DNA of 64,000 nucleotides, taken from positions 13,206,001 to 13,270,000 of the forward strand of contig NC_090345.1 of assembly GCF_035084215.1 (NCBI RefSeq). Direction: 5' to 3'. Made by a program: the position numbers and the translations under genes. Within the stretch, counting starts at the first letter, position 1. Each line of letters begins with the position of its first letter. The DNA comes from Heptranchias perlo (taxonomy: Eukaryota). The notes below the pieces were generated by a model. It ran no database searches and was not told where the DNA came from. It saw nothing but the letters and a program-made list of their open reading frames with translations. Shown here piece by piece: positions 23,812 to 35,475 of this stretch.

Positions 23812-25473
23812 GCCTGCTTCTATCTATATGGTTGGTGGGCCTGTTTCTATCTGTATGGTTGGTGGGCCTGTTTCTATCTATATGGTTGGTGGGCCTGTTT
23901 CTATCTGTATGGTTGGTGGGCCTGTTTCTATCTGTCTGGTTGGTGGGCCTGTTTCTATCTATATGGTTGGTGGGCCTGTTTCTATCTGTCTGGTTGGTGG
24001 GCCTGTTTCTATCTGTCTGGTTGGTGGGCCTGTTTCTATCTATATGGTTGGTGGGCCTGTTTCTATCTATATGGTTGGTGGGCCTGTTTCTATCTGTATG
24101 GTTGGTGGGCCTGTTTCTATCTGTCTGGTTGGTGGGCCTGTTTCTATCTATATGGTTGGTGGGCCTGTTTCTATCTGTATGGTTGGTGGGCCTGTTTCTA
24201 TCTGTCTGGTTGGTGGGCCTGTTTCTATCTGTATGGTTGGTGGGCCTGTTTCTATCTGTATGGTTGGTGGGCCTGTTTCTATCTGTATGGTTGGTGGGCC
24301 TGTTTCTATCTATATGGTTGGTGGGCCTGTTTCTAGCTGTGTGGTTGGTGGGCCTGTTTCTAGCTGTGTGGTTGGTGGGCCTGTTTCTATCTGTATGGTT
24401 GGTGGGCCTGTTTCTATCTGTATGGTTGGTGGGCCTGTTTCTAGCTGTGTGGTTGGTGGGCCTGTTTCTATCTGTATGGTTGGTGGGCCTGTTTCTAGCT
24501 GTGTGGTTGGTGGGCCTGTTTCTATCTGTATGGTTGGTGGGCCTGTTTCTAGCTGTGTGGTTGGTGGGCCTGTTTCTATCTGTATGGTTGGTGGGCCTGT
24601 TTCTATCCTAATGGTTGGTGGGCCTGTTTCTAGCTGTGTGGTTGGTGGGCCTGTTTCTATCTGTATGGTTGGTGGACCTGTTTCTAGCTGTGTGGTTGGT
24701 GGGCCTGTTTCTATCTATATGGTTGGTGGGCCTGTTTCTATCTGTATGGTTGGTGGGCCTGTTTCTATCTGTATGGTTGGTGGGCCTGTTTCTATCTATA
24801 TGGTTGGTGGGCCTGTTTCTATCTATATGGTTGGTGGGCCTGTTTCTATCTGTATGGTTGGTGGGCCTGTTTCTATCTGTGTGGTTGGTGGGCCTGTTTC
24901 TATCCTAATGGTTGGTGGGCCTGTTTCTATCTGTGTGGTTGGTGGGCCTGTTTCTATCTGTATGGTTGGTGGGCCTGTTTCTATCTGTATGGTTGGTGGG
25001 CCTGTTTCTATCTGTATGGTTGGTGGGCCTGTTTCTATCTGTATGGTTGGTGGGCCTGTTTCTATCTATATGGTTGGTGGGCCTGTTTCTATCTGTATGG
25101 TTGGTGGGCCTGTTTCTATCTGTATGGTTGGTGGGCCTGTTTCTATCTGTATGGTTGGTGGGCCTGTTTCTATCTGTATGGTTGGTGGGCCTGTTTCTAT
25201 CTATATGGTTGGTGGGCCTGTTTCTATCTGTATGGTTGGTGGGCCTGTTTCTATCTGTATGGTTGGTGGGCCTGTTTCTATCTGTATGGTTGGTGGGCCT
25301 GTTTCTATCTGTATGGTTGGTGGGCCTGTTTCTAGCTGTGTGGTTGGTGGGCCTGTTTCTATCTGTATGGTTGGTGGGCCTGTTTCTATCTGTATGGTTG
25401 GTGGGCCTGTTTCTATCTGTATGGTTGGTGGGCCTATTTCTATCTGTATGGTTGGTGGGCCTGTTTCTATCTG
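23812..25473. repeat. 27-bp minisatellite, about 61 copies
   Basis: Unit TTTCTATCTGTATGGTTGGTGGGCCTG repeated head to tail with a few variant units. Confidence 0.98.
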
Positions 25474-25827
25474 GCAGTGTAGGAATCTTTGGATCTCCAT
25501 GAGGGAGAGGAGTCAGCCAATCATTCAACACCTAGGCACTATTGCCCACCAGTCAGCTTGATAGCTTGTCGATCACACATGACCCACGGAAATTGGCAAT
25601 TGTATTTGTGATGTGGCGTTCGCTATCACACACAAACTACTTCTTCTTTGATTTTTTTTGTTGTTGTCAAGGAAACTGGTTTTATTTTTAGAAGGTGTTC
25701 ACATCAACATGCAAGTACAATCTACTGAGAAATCCACATACTCGTCTACTTGGCTTAGAGCTCTCCAGTTCCTCTCAGAGCTCTTGACACATCACTTACT
25801 TGATGGACAATGGTGGGGGTTGTGGGG

Positions 25828-26000
25828 AGGGGATTTCCTTGAGGGTTCTCCTGATTTCCTGCCAATAACTTCAGCAGTAGGATTGGTGGAAACCCTGGAG
25901 AAATGGCGTAAAGGGCCATTTTTAGCCACCAAGGCCATTTCTCCGGGGGTTCCACCCAAGATCCGACGGGAGATTGAGAGAACCCCGTGGAAATTCCAGG
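25828..26000. mobile_element. Palindromic MITE (Harbinger-like), decayed
   Basis: GGATTTCC..GGGTTCTC..GGTGGAAACCCTGGAGAAATGG pairs with CCATTTCTCCGGGGGTTCCACC..GAGAACCC..GGAAATTCC. Related half-copies lie near 29470-29545 and 51870-51945. Confidence 0.6.
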
Positions 26001-26155
26001 CGAATATGTATACAGGATCTACCTGATCCAACAGTTTCACACTGGGAATATTACCCTGCCTTTCTCTCTCCACCCCACACCATGAAGATTTTGCAAGCCA
26101 CCCTTAGCAGAAATGGGTTCTGTCACTTTGCGGATCTTTTAGAAAGACTGAAAAT

Positions 26156-26606
26156 GTCAGCTGTGGCTATGGTAGCACTCTCGCCTCTGAGTCAGAAGGT
26201 GAGTGTGTTCAAGTCCAACTCCAGAGACTTGAGCACATAGTCCAGGCTAACACTTCAGCACAGTACTGAGGGAGTGCTGCACTGTTGGATGTGCCGTTTT
26301 TCAGATGAGACGTTAAACCAAGGCCCTGTCTGCCCTCTCAGGTGGACCGAAAAGATCCTGTGGCATTATTTGAAGAAGAGCAGGGGAGTTCTCCCAGTGT
26401 CCTGGCCAAATTTTATCATCAACCAGTACCCAAAAGTAGATGATTTGGTCATTAATCTCATTGCTGTTTGTGGAACCTTGCTGTGCGCAAACTGGCTGCT
26501 GAGTTTCCTACATTACAACAGTGACTACACTTCAAAAATACTTCATTGGTTGTAAAGCGCTTTGGGATGTCCTGAAACGCACTATATAAATGCAAGTCTT
26601 TCTTTC
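26156..26606 (+). mobile_element. DeuSINE (SacSINE1/AmnSINE1-like), full length
   Basis: tRNA-like head (GGTAGCACTCTCGCCTCTGAGTCAGAAGG..GTTCAAGTCC), Deu core (CAGTACTGAGGGAGTGCTGCACTG..GATGAGACGTTAAACC) and L2-like tail (CTATATAAATGCAAGTCTTTC). Confidence 0.9.
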
Positions 26607-26737
26607 TGAAAGTGGCATAAGCTATTTCCATTGTAGTCTGTGATTCATATAAAGAGAATATGACGAGGAAATGCAATTGTTCTGCAATGAAGAAATGTCT
26701 GATTGGTAGGAATAAAGTATTTTTTGCTTCTTTCAAT

Positions 26738-27091
26738 TTCCTTGTGAAGGTGCTGACTCTCTGGGCACCAAGCACTGAGCCCAAGCAGCCATTCTTCAAA
26801 ATCAATGCCCAGACATTGACTGTTGGCAGGTTATTTGATTGTGGGATGAGAGACATCACAGCTGAGTCTGATCCTGTCCACACTTGGACACTTTCAGATG
26901 TAGTAACATTGGGTGATTTTTCTCCTCCCTAGAGCGTGTGCATTGAGCTCAATTGTAGCATTCCTAACATGGACCTGGCTAAGATCAGCTCATTCAATAC
27001 AAATCACGGATTGAATCCAGGCCCATCCTGCCCTGTACGGCTCAGTTTCACACTGGGCAGCGCATTTTAAAAAACTGCGCGACGGAGGGAG
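26738..27091 (-). mobile_element. AmnSINE2-like SINE
   Basis: Minus strand shows the head AATGCGCTGCCCAGTGTGAAACTGAGCC, then GCTGATCTTAGCC, GAAGAATGGCTGCTTGGG and AGTCAGCACCTTC, as in the recalled AmnSINE2 consensus. Confidence 0.7.
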
Positions 27092-28329
27092 GAGGCAGAG
27101 CCATTAATATGTTTATCTCGTGCAAACATTGCAGCAAAATGCAAGTTCCAGAGCTAAACATAAGTTACAATCATAAAAACTCCACCTGCAGTAATTGTAA
27201 ATTGGGACTGAGGAGCCACTCTCCATAAAAATATTTCACTGACAAATATATCCATTTGCGTTTAATATAAAAAATGTCTTGCCAAAAGACTTTTTTTTAA
27301 AGCACTTCATTAAGGGACAAATCTGAGCAGTTTTAACCAGCCTGTTTTGTGACAAACAAACAGTAAGTCCTTTCAGGATTGGCAGTAAAGCTCTTTAGGT
27401 CAACCTGTATAGGTCAGACTTCATTTGTCACCATCATGCATCCTAACTTAGATTATTAATGGTGACTTTGTTACCCATCCAATCAAGGTAAAGCTTGATG
27501 AGTCTATATCTAATTACAGTATGTAGTGAGTGGTAAGGGATTACACAGAATTCAATCATTGTAAACATGCCTGTTTTCTCCCTTGAGAACCACTTTGTGC
27601 TCAGTTGTTCATTTGTAGACTATGATATCAACGTTTCACTCACTGATCTTCCCAATTGTTATGTTCTTGGCCTGTGAACAACAATTTTGGCTTGCATTAC
27701 TGTTCTGCTGTTTTGGAATGGTGGCTTTCCTTAGGACTAATCTTGTCTTCTAACATGCAAGTAGATAACAGCAGTTCAGATCATTTTTAAAAGCTGCATT
27801 TTTTAGGAATTTTGGAAACGGATTGAAATCATAGCAGTAATCAGCACCATGAGGAATCAATAGATGCGAGCAGATTATTTAAATGACATTGTGATAGAGG
27901 ATGCAAGTACAAAATGAACAGACCACAAGGCTTTAGATGAGAGCAGAGTCGTGGATATGTGGAGTAGGTGCCCAGAGAAAGCAGTTAGTGCTGTGTTGAC
28001 TATCACCTTTAATGAAGAGCTGGATGAATATCCAATGAGCAATGAGGTTGATTATGAAGATTAGGGGGGAGACTTTCCCCTTCATTGTACCTGGGGATTC
28101 CCAGGATCTCCCGGAATCGTCATAACTGGGCCTGGGCCTGCAATAGGTGCAGGCCAGCGTAAGGATAGTAATGAATCATGAAATGTTCCAGCCTCCCATT
28201 TCACTTTCCCCTGTGTGTGGGACATAACAGTTCCTGAGCTGCTGGGACCATGGAACTATCAATCCAAGGAGGGGCATAGGCAGCAAACTTAAAATTGCAC
28301 AGTTCTTCTAAATGGTGCGCTCCCTCAGA

Positions 28330-28930
28330 AGATAACATTTTGGGATATAGTGGCCCTGATATTTACAGTGAGGCAGGGAGGGAGTGGGGGGCGAGGCATA
28401 GGATCCGAGAAACACAGAAATACGGGTTTCCCGGAGGTCCTGCCGAATTTAACGGCGGGACCTGATTTAAATTTTTGGACTCCGTGTAGCGGCTGCAGCC
28501 AGCCAGATTGAGAGGCTGGCTGACTGTCGGCAGCCGGGGGACGGAAGGGAGGGAGGGTGAGAGAGAGGGAGGGTGGGAGGTCGGTGGGTTGGAGGCAGGT
28601 TGGGGTTGGGTTTCCCATTTTTAAATCCCCCCCCCCCCCGCCTATCCTGGGGGGTTAAAATTCCGTCCAGTATGTGAGTGGTTTGAGACATGACATGTGA
28701 TGAGAATAGCAATGCCTGAGAGGAAAAAGGTGACTTTGGACCTATGGTTTCCAGGGTTCTCCACCACTGGGGTTTTCCTCATGTCATGTCTGGGTCTGTT
28801 GTAGACTAATTGATGGAGATTGATTGCTAAGATTAGTCAACAACTCCATTACCGTTGTATCATGTGACTACCAGGATGGTAGAAGGCGAACTAGATGGAC
28901 CTTGTTTTTTTCCCTCTAGCTATTCCTATC
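28330..28930 (+). mobile_element. CR1-type 3' UTR (or CR1-tailed short element), interrupted by a MITE
   Basis: Inverted paralog at 33803-34080. Ends CTAGATGGACC..GCTATTCCTAT, like a CR1 tail. Confidence 0.65.
28352..28668. mobile_element. Harbinger-type MITE with AGT target duplication
   Basis: AGT at 28349-28351 and 28669-28671, with termini GGCCCTGATATTTAC / GTTAAAATTCCGTCC. Confidence 0.78.
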
Positions 28931-30035
28931 TCCCCAGTGCGCATTAATGTATATTTGAGAGGGGATCCAGGACATGCTCCCAGAAAAGTTTGAATTTTGT
29001 CTTAAAAATAGTGTATTCTGGCTAACTTTACAGCACTTTTTTTTTACTTCCCACTCAATGCTAAAAACAAAATCTATGTCCATTTATGTGAGGAAAGTCA
29101 CTGCAGAATCTTGAACTAGACAATCAGCGTTATGAGGGCAGAGGGCATCTTTTGTCAATTAACTAAAAAAAGGACATGGACATAGCATTTGAGCCACACA
29201 AGAACTGCATCCAGCTCAGGAGATGCTGGTTGTTCATGCCGGTTATAAATGCTCAATCCATATTAGAGACTGGAATTACAGTCAGATTTTACTTGAGCCT
29301 ATTAATCCGAAGTAAGAAGAGAATTAAAAAACTCAAACTATTCAGCAATATCCATCTTCCACACGTGACATGAGTACAGAAACAGCTCTTCCAGTCTGTA
29401 ATGTCTCAGCCTACAACCATGCCAGGAATGTCCTGATCGGCCGATGTACCCCTGGGTACAGGCATAGACGGGGTTTCTGCCGGTCTTCCGCCAAAGCTGC
29501 GGTTGCCGGGCGGGAGAAACCCCCCTCCCCCACCAAGGAAATTCCAACAAAGGAGTCGGACAGTTCCACAGATTTTGTTAGTGACCATTTTAAAGGAATG
29601 CTTCGTTTTTCCAAGGCGCTCTCAACTTTTGTAAGTCTCTCAGAAAGATCAACTATTAAATTATTTCAAAGTTACATGTTGACGTGAAGTCTTCCATGTT
29701 TCGTGTTTTTTTTTTAACTGCAAGAATTAAATTATTTACTGACGGATTAATTCTCAATCAATACGGATACAATTCTCTAAATGACCAACTGTTCTCTTGA
29801 AATGTCATCGTTTGAACTGCCCATTATGTTGGCATGGATTTTCTGCTGAGTTGCTGGTCTCAGCTGCACCGTTTGAAGAAGGCATAAAGTGAAAGCAGAG
29901 CACGCCTTCGTGTGGGCAGGTGGAAAGTAAAACCTTAATGCCTAGTTCATTGGGTACCGTCACACACTTGACACAAAGTTGCTCAAACATCTACACTGCG
30001 GTGTTGCCAATAAGAACTAAGAAAATCAACGGACA

Positions 30036-30505
30036 GGCCCAGAAATTGGTACGCGCTGGCCTGGATGGATCCCTGCGCTGGAACGGGTAGGCCCGAGGCA
30101 CACCCGATATTGGGCCTTGGGCCCCATTTACATGAGATGGGCGAGCTGCAGACGCCTGCCAGGCATCACCGGCGAAGAGGATTTCAACTTCACTGCTGCT
30201 CCTGCCAGCTCCACATTCGGGTAAGTATTTTAAAAAAAATTTACTTTTTATAATGGCAGCTTCCAGTGATCCATTTAAGGACAGCTGGATAGACTACATT
30301 TTCCGGAACACAGGGCAGCTCAATTTTGCAAAGGTGCCCTCAAACTGCCATGAGGCCCCCTATTTGCATGCGGAAAGGGCTGAACACCTGTTTCAGGCGT
30401 GGGTCCTGGATGTCTACCTTTACCAATATGGCGGGTGGTGCAGTTCCAGTGGGTAATGAGTGTGTGCGCCTTCTACCTCCAAATTGGATGCATTCTAATC
30501 AGCCT
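30036..30505. mobile_element. Probable decayed Harbinger-type non-autonomous element
   Basis: GC/CpG-rich block starting GGCCCAGAAATTGG. The right end is poorly defined. Confidence 0.45.
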
Positions 30506-30659
30506 ATGAATCCTTCCACCACCTCACACTATTGTCCAAGAGTGTGAAGATACGCTTAAAAAAACAAGGAAAGTAAAATCGAGGAGGGCGTAAAATGGAC
30601 ATCTGATCCGATCCTGTCAGTTTCCTGCTGGGTGTGTTTGGTTAAAATGATTCCTAATA

Positions 30660-30925
30660 GCATTTTACAGCAAAGAACGGGGCTATTCTACCTGCCTATC
30701 ATGCCTGTGCCATCTCGCTGAAAATATCTACTTGGTCCCACTTCCTGGCCCTTTCCCTATACTATTTACATTTTTTTCCCCAAATTTTTATCCACTTCCC
30801 TTTAAAACACTGTTGTGGATTCTGCTTCCCTCACCGTTTCTGGTAGAGATTTCGACTTCCCAACAATCGTCTGCATAAAAAAAATGTCACCTAACATTTC
30901 CCTTTGTTCTTTTGGTAATAAAATT
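30660..30925 (-). mobile_element. Old CR1 3' fragment
   Basis: Colinear with the 13133-13420 3' UTR and C-terminus. Confidence 0.7.
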
Positions 30926-31016
30926 AAATGTAACTCCTAATAGTAGCAGATGCCATATAAGACTCACAACTCAACAACTTTTTCATCTCTTTATGGAGGC
31001 TAACCAAAGGTCAAGC

Positions 31017-31943
31017 TTTTTTTTATTCGTTCATGGGATGTGGGCGTCGCTGGCAAGGCCAGCATTTATTGCCCATCCCTAATTGCCCTTGAGAAGGTGG
31101 TGGTGAGCCGCCTTCTTGAACTGCTGCAGTCCGTGTGGTGAAGGTTCTCCCACAGTGCTGTTAGGTAGGGAGTTCCAGGATTTTGACCCAGCGACAATGA
31201 AGGAACGGCGATATATTTCCAAGCCAGGATGGTGTGTGACTTGGAGGGGAACGTGCAGGTAGTGTTGTTACCATGTTCCTGCTGCCCTTGTCCTTCAAGG
31301 TGGTAGAGGTCGCGAGTTTGGGAGGTGCTGTCTAAGAAGCCTTGGCGAGTTGCTGCAGTGCATCCTGTAGATGGTACACACTGCAGCCACGGTGCACCGG
31401 TGGTGAAGGAAGTGAATGTTTAGGGCGGTGGATGGGGTGGCAATCAAGTGGGTTGCTTTGTCCTGGATGGTGTCGAGCTTCTTGAGTGTTGTTGGAGCTG
31501 CACTCATCCAGGCAAGTGGAGAGTATTCCGTCACTCTCCTGACTTGTGCTTTGTAGATGGTGGAAAGGCTTTGGGGAGTCAGGAGGTGAGTCACTCGCCG
31601 CAGAATACCCAGCCTCTGACCTGCTCTTGTAGCCACAGTATTTATGTGGCTGGTCCAGTTAAGTTTCTGATCAGTGGTGACCCCCCAGGATGTTGATGGT
31701 GGGGGATTCGGCGATGGTAATGCCGTTGAATGTCAAGGGGAGGTGGTTAGACTCTCTCTTATTGGAGATGGTCATTGCCTGGCACTTGTCTGGCGCGAAT
31801 GTTACTTGCCATTTATCAGCCTAAGCCTGGATGTTGTCCAGGTGTTGCTGCATGCGGGCTCGGACTGCTTCATTATCTGAGGGGTTGTGAATGGAACTGA
31901 ACACTATGCAATCATCAGCGAACATCCCCATTTCTGACCTTAT
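31017..31943 (-). mobile_element. CR1-Zenon-type LINE, 5'-truncated
   Basis: Encodes IYKAQVR..EYSPLAWMSAAPTTLKKLDTIQ..LHHR, with a poly(A) tail at 31017. Confidence 0.92.
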
Positions 31944-32304
31944 AACTGGTGTTCCATCCAATCTCGTGGGTTTCCTGCCCAGTGAGTTAGGTTAAAATGA
32001 CCCCCAACGTGTTTGTTAATCTCTTCATATGTAAGTTTCATTGGTCTGCAGGGGAACTCTATTGATGTCTATACACTGGTGTAGATTCAGTATGTTGGTT
32101 TCCATTCAAATTACGTCAGCTTCTATGCTAATTTCATCAGTCTCTGTAGAAAGCACTCTGATTTGCATGCAAGCTATTTCAGTTTGTGCGTAAACCATAT
32201 TACTTTACACATGAGCTTAAGGGTGGAAAGAGTGAAGGATATTTGGCCCGGCAAGTATATTGCTTGAACAGATCATGTAGAGTCCATTCTATCATAGACG
32301 CTCC

Positions 32305-32906
32305 TGATGAAAGGTGCTGCAATGTTTCTCTTAGCTTTGATGAGACACCAGGCCTTATTTAGAAAAGGAATATTGAGGTGATGCTACCTAGCCCCTTGGA
32401 ACAGAGCCAATCAGGGGATGACATTGACCACTCCAGCAACTTTGAGCCAACCGGAGAAGACAGCATCATTCAAAAAGACAGACTTTGGAATAAAACTGAA
32501 GAATTGCAGGCTTGGTGCTAGAGAGAGAGAGTGTGTTTGTGAGGGAGACTCCGGAGACTAACCATCGTGGAAGTAGGGACCCTACGTCAGGGACGTAGAG
32601 ACGACGTCGAGAGTGAGAGAGCGAATTGCCTGGCCAGCATTATCTCTCCTTTCCGGGTAATATAATATCCTTTCTATTCTGTGACCACTTAGGGAGTGTT
32701 AGTCAGAGAAACCTAGCGGGTGTGCGTTTAAATCCTAGTTTGAGTATAAAACTGTATAACCTGCTGTAAACTGCACGCCTATATCTAACTAAACGTATAA
32801 GCGGTAGGTACATGATCTAATAACGTTAATAAAGCGAATTGAGAATTAAGAGAGAATTGACTCTTCTTCTGTGTACTAAGCCAAAACCATTAACTTCCGG
32901 TCAACA
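32305..32906 (+). mobile_element. Probable solo LTR (about 602 bp)
   Basis: TGATGA...TCAACA termini, flanks CTCC/TTCC, CCAAT box near 32407 and AATAAA at 32828. Confidence 0.6.
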
Positions 32907-33019
32907 TTCCCCAAGAGTGAATGAAAGAAAACTATCTAACCTGATAGCCCACAATATTGCCAGCTGTCTTGCTGAGAATGACAGTTCCAAGAGATCAGGA
33001 ACCATGGTGTTCCGATCAG

Positions 33020-33420
33020 AACACGATCTATTTTTATCACTTTTTTTTAAGGTGTTAATTGACACAGCCATTGCTCACTTTAGCTGGGAGTCTATTCCAC
33101 ATATCTACTCTTCCATGGGAGAAAAAAATTCCTTCAGATCCATTTGTGTGTGGAACGAGTTGACTTGTCGCTATTGGAATATTTCCTGGAGAACAGCTAA
33201 ATATCGTTGGTCTCCGAAGACCTCGTCTACATCAGAAAGACAGGAAGAATCAACACAAATTGAAAAATTCAAAGAGGCTCTGGTTTTATCTGTGACATTT
33301 ATTTCATGTCAAAAAACTTGGTTTAAAAAATGCAATTTATTTTACTTTTCGAATGTTCTCCCCTTCCTCTCCTGACTCTTGCTTAAGTCTGGTTCCTCAG
33401 GTTGTCACTTGGTTCATCTT
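33020..33420 (-). mobile_element. Ancient CR1 remnant
   Basis: Minus strand retains FFSHGRVDMWNRLPA-like and AVSINTLKK motifs. Confidence 0.5.
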
Positions 33421-33802
33421 TTGGCTGTTTTTTGAACAGGCTATCCATTTTCCATTTTTAACATAAACCTTTGAGTAAACGTCAGGTTTTATGGATTTTT
33501 TTGTCCATTTTTTGTCCAGTTTTTGGTGGATGTTTTCCATCTGGCACTATGGGGCCTACAGTAAAATCTCAAAACTGGACCTGTTCCAGTGGCTGAAAAA
33601 CGACTAGGGCCTCAAAGTGAAGTTCAGCGCCACCAGGAAGTAGAGAAGCAGCAAGCACAAGGAGTTAACAGCAGGGTATCTAAATCTGTAGCATCGAAAC
33701 AAAGAGCTGTATATCAGACAGGAGCAAGAAAATATTAGGAAAACAGAGGGAGAGAGAGAAAGAGAGACTCCATTGGAATACATGTAACCTCTATGCCAGT
33801 AA

Positions 33803-34080
33803 GGAACATAGGAATTGCTAGACGAGAAAAGACCATGGTCCATCTAGTTTGTCTTTTACCATCCTGGTAGTCGCATGGTGTAATGATAATGGAGTTGTTG
33901 ACTAATCATAGCAATCAATCTCTATCGATTAGTCTACAACTGACCCAGACTTGAGGTGAGGAAAACCCCAGTGATGGAGAGCTTTGGGAGCCATAGATCC
34001 AAAGTCATCTTTTTCCTCCCAAGCCTTGCTACACTCATCAAACATCATGTCTCAAATTATTCAGATACTTTATCCCAAAG
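33803..34080 (-). mobile_element. CR1-type 3' UTR / short element, paralog of 28330-28930
   Basis: Reverse complement aligns with 28340-28351 plus 28672-28930, with a (GTTCCT)-type tail. Confidence 0.7.
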
Positions 34081-34210
34081 TTGAATGTTGATTCTACACA
34101 ATAATTTGAAATAATTTATCTTAATACAATTTTAAAAAAGTTTTTCCTGAGCCATGGCCCCTGTCTGCTTTTAAACTTGGCAAAGAGGGGTGATGGTTCT
34201 TACTGTTAAA

Positions 34211-34524
34211 CAGGCACCCTCTGGTACATTGCCTAAGTGACCATTCTTCATGTGTGACCCTGGACAGCAAGCGCCAGTCGGCTATTCGACGAAGGGACAT
34301 CCACATATATGTACTTTCCAGCAGCTGTCACTAGGTAACAAGTAGGACCAGGAACCATTACTGATTTCCTAAGACATTAAAACCTATTATATTCCCTGTA
34401 ACAATGCCCCAGCTGCGATCAGTTAATACAGCACAGACTGGGGATTGAATCTACGATGTTCCTGGTCTATGTGGCACAGTATCACACTGGGGTAATGAAT
34501 TTACTCACTAAACCAGCAGGGAGC
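34211..34524 (-). mobile_element. AmnSINE2-like SINE
   Basis: CACACATGAAGAATGGTCACTTAGG and CAATCCCCAGTCTGTGCTG on the minus strand. Confidence 0.72.
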
Positions 34525-35475
34525 TTCCATTGCAAACTATTTCAATCTCTTAATTGCACACTTCAGCTTCACAAATACAAACACAGCACCAACCAGGGAC
34601 ATCGAGCATGAGCTAAGATTACATTTTCGACAAAGAGGCAATGTAGAAACTGCAGGGGCAGTTTTACTTTGTTACTTCCGTCGGGAACCCGCCCTGCCTA
34701 GATGGGTCGTGGGGGGCAGCAGTCCCATTCCGACCCTCCTCTAATGGAGGAGGGAAATCCAGCCCCGCGTCTCAAAGTGGCATCCGCCTTAGTCAACGGC
34801 ATTCTGCCACTTAACTCTGTGGCCCCTCCCGGGATTCCACATCGACCTCAAAGCTCGTTAGGTCACTTTTCACGGCGTCCTTATAAAGCTGGAACTATCA
34901 TCCATGGCAAAATTTACCCCCTGGGCAAGACAGTCAGTGCTGGCCTCAAAACCACAACTTTTGGAAGGAAGTATCTTGTGCTGCATTTATACTGGAGATG
35001 AAACAATTCTTCCATGGCGGCTGACGGTCCCGCTGTTATACAGAATATCCAATTTATACTGCAGGGCAGCTCAGCTGGATCAATTTAAGACCAACCTGCA
35101 TGCGCATCCAATAACACTTTGCTGACCTGTATGGGAATGCTTCTCCTTGTCAGCGGCCATGTTTTTTTTTTCACCTACCTGCCATTGGAGGTACAGCTGA
35201 GAACCATCTACTTTGGGGGCAAGAGCAACGTTTTGTTTACTTTCCACCAGTACTTCATCCAAGTGGCTATTTTTCATGTGTGAGCTTGGACGAGCTATCC
35301 TAATGATTGTGAGAGGCATCGCAGCCCAATCCAAACCGTCCACACCCAACATTCACACAGGCACACTTACCACCAGTGGTCACTGGATAGTGATCGAGTG
35401 TGGGATCCCTGACTGATATCCCTCTCCCCCCCCCCCCCGCTTTCCTCCCTGGCTTGGACCAGCTAGCTCAGCGCA

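Noticed and set aside
23812-25473. CRISPR-like array (constant block plus variable block)
   Set aside because: The variable part is about 9 nt with a handful of recurring point variants, not unique spacers. There are no cas genes and the context is eukaryotic.
23698-25561. Long ORFs (595 aa, 302 aa and others) that look like repetitive membrane or structural proteins
   Set aside because: They are artefacts of a 27-nt unit that is mostly stop-free in several frames on both strands. They start inside a LINE fragment and have no gene structure.
26160-26230. tRNA gene
   Set aside because: The A/B-box-like sequence is the SINE head and continues directly into the Deu core, with no full cloverleaf. 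The same applies to 36940-37010 and 63944-64000.
32839-33375. 178-aa ORF
   Set aside because: It spans the LTR end and the antisense strand of an old CR1, with no recognisable domain.
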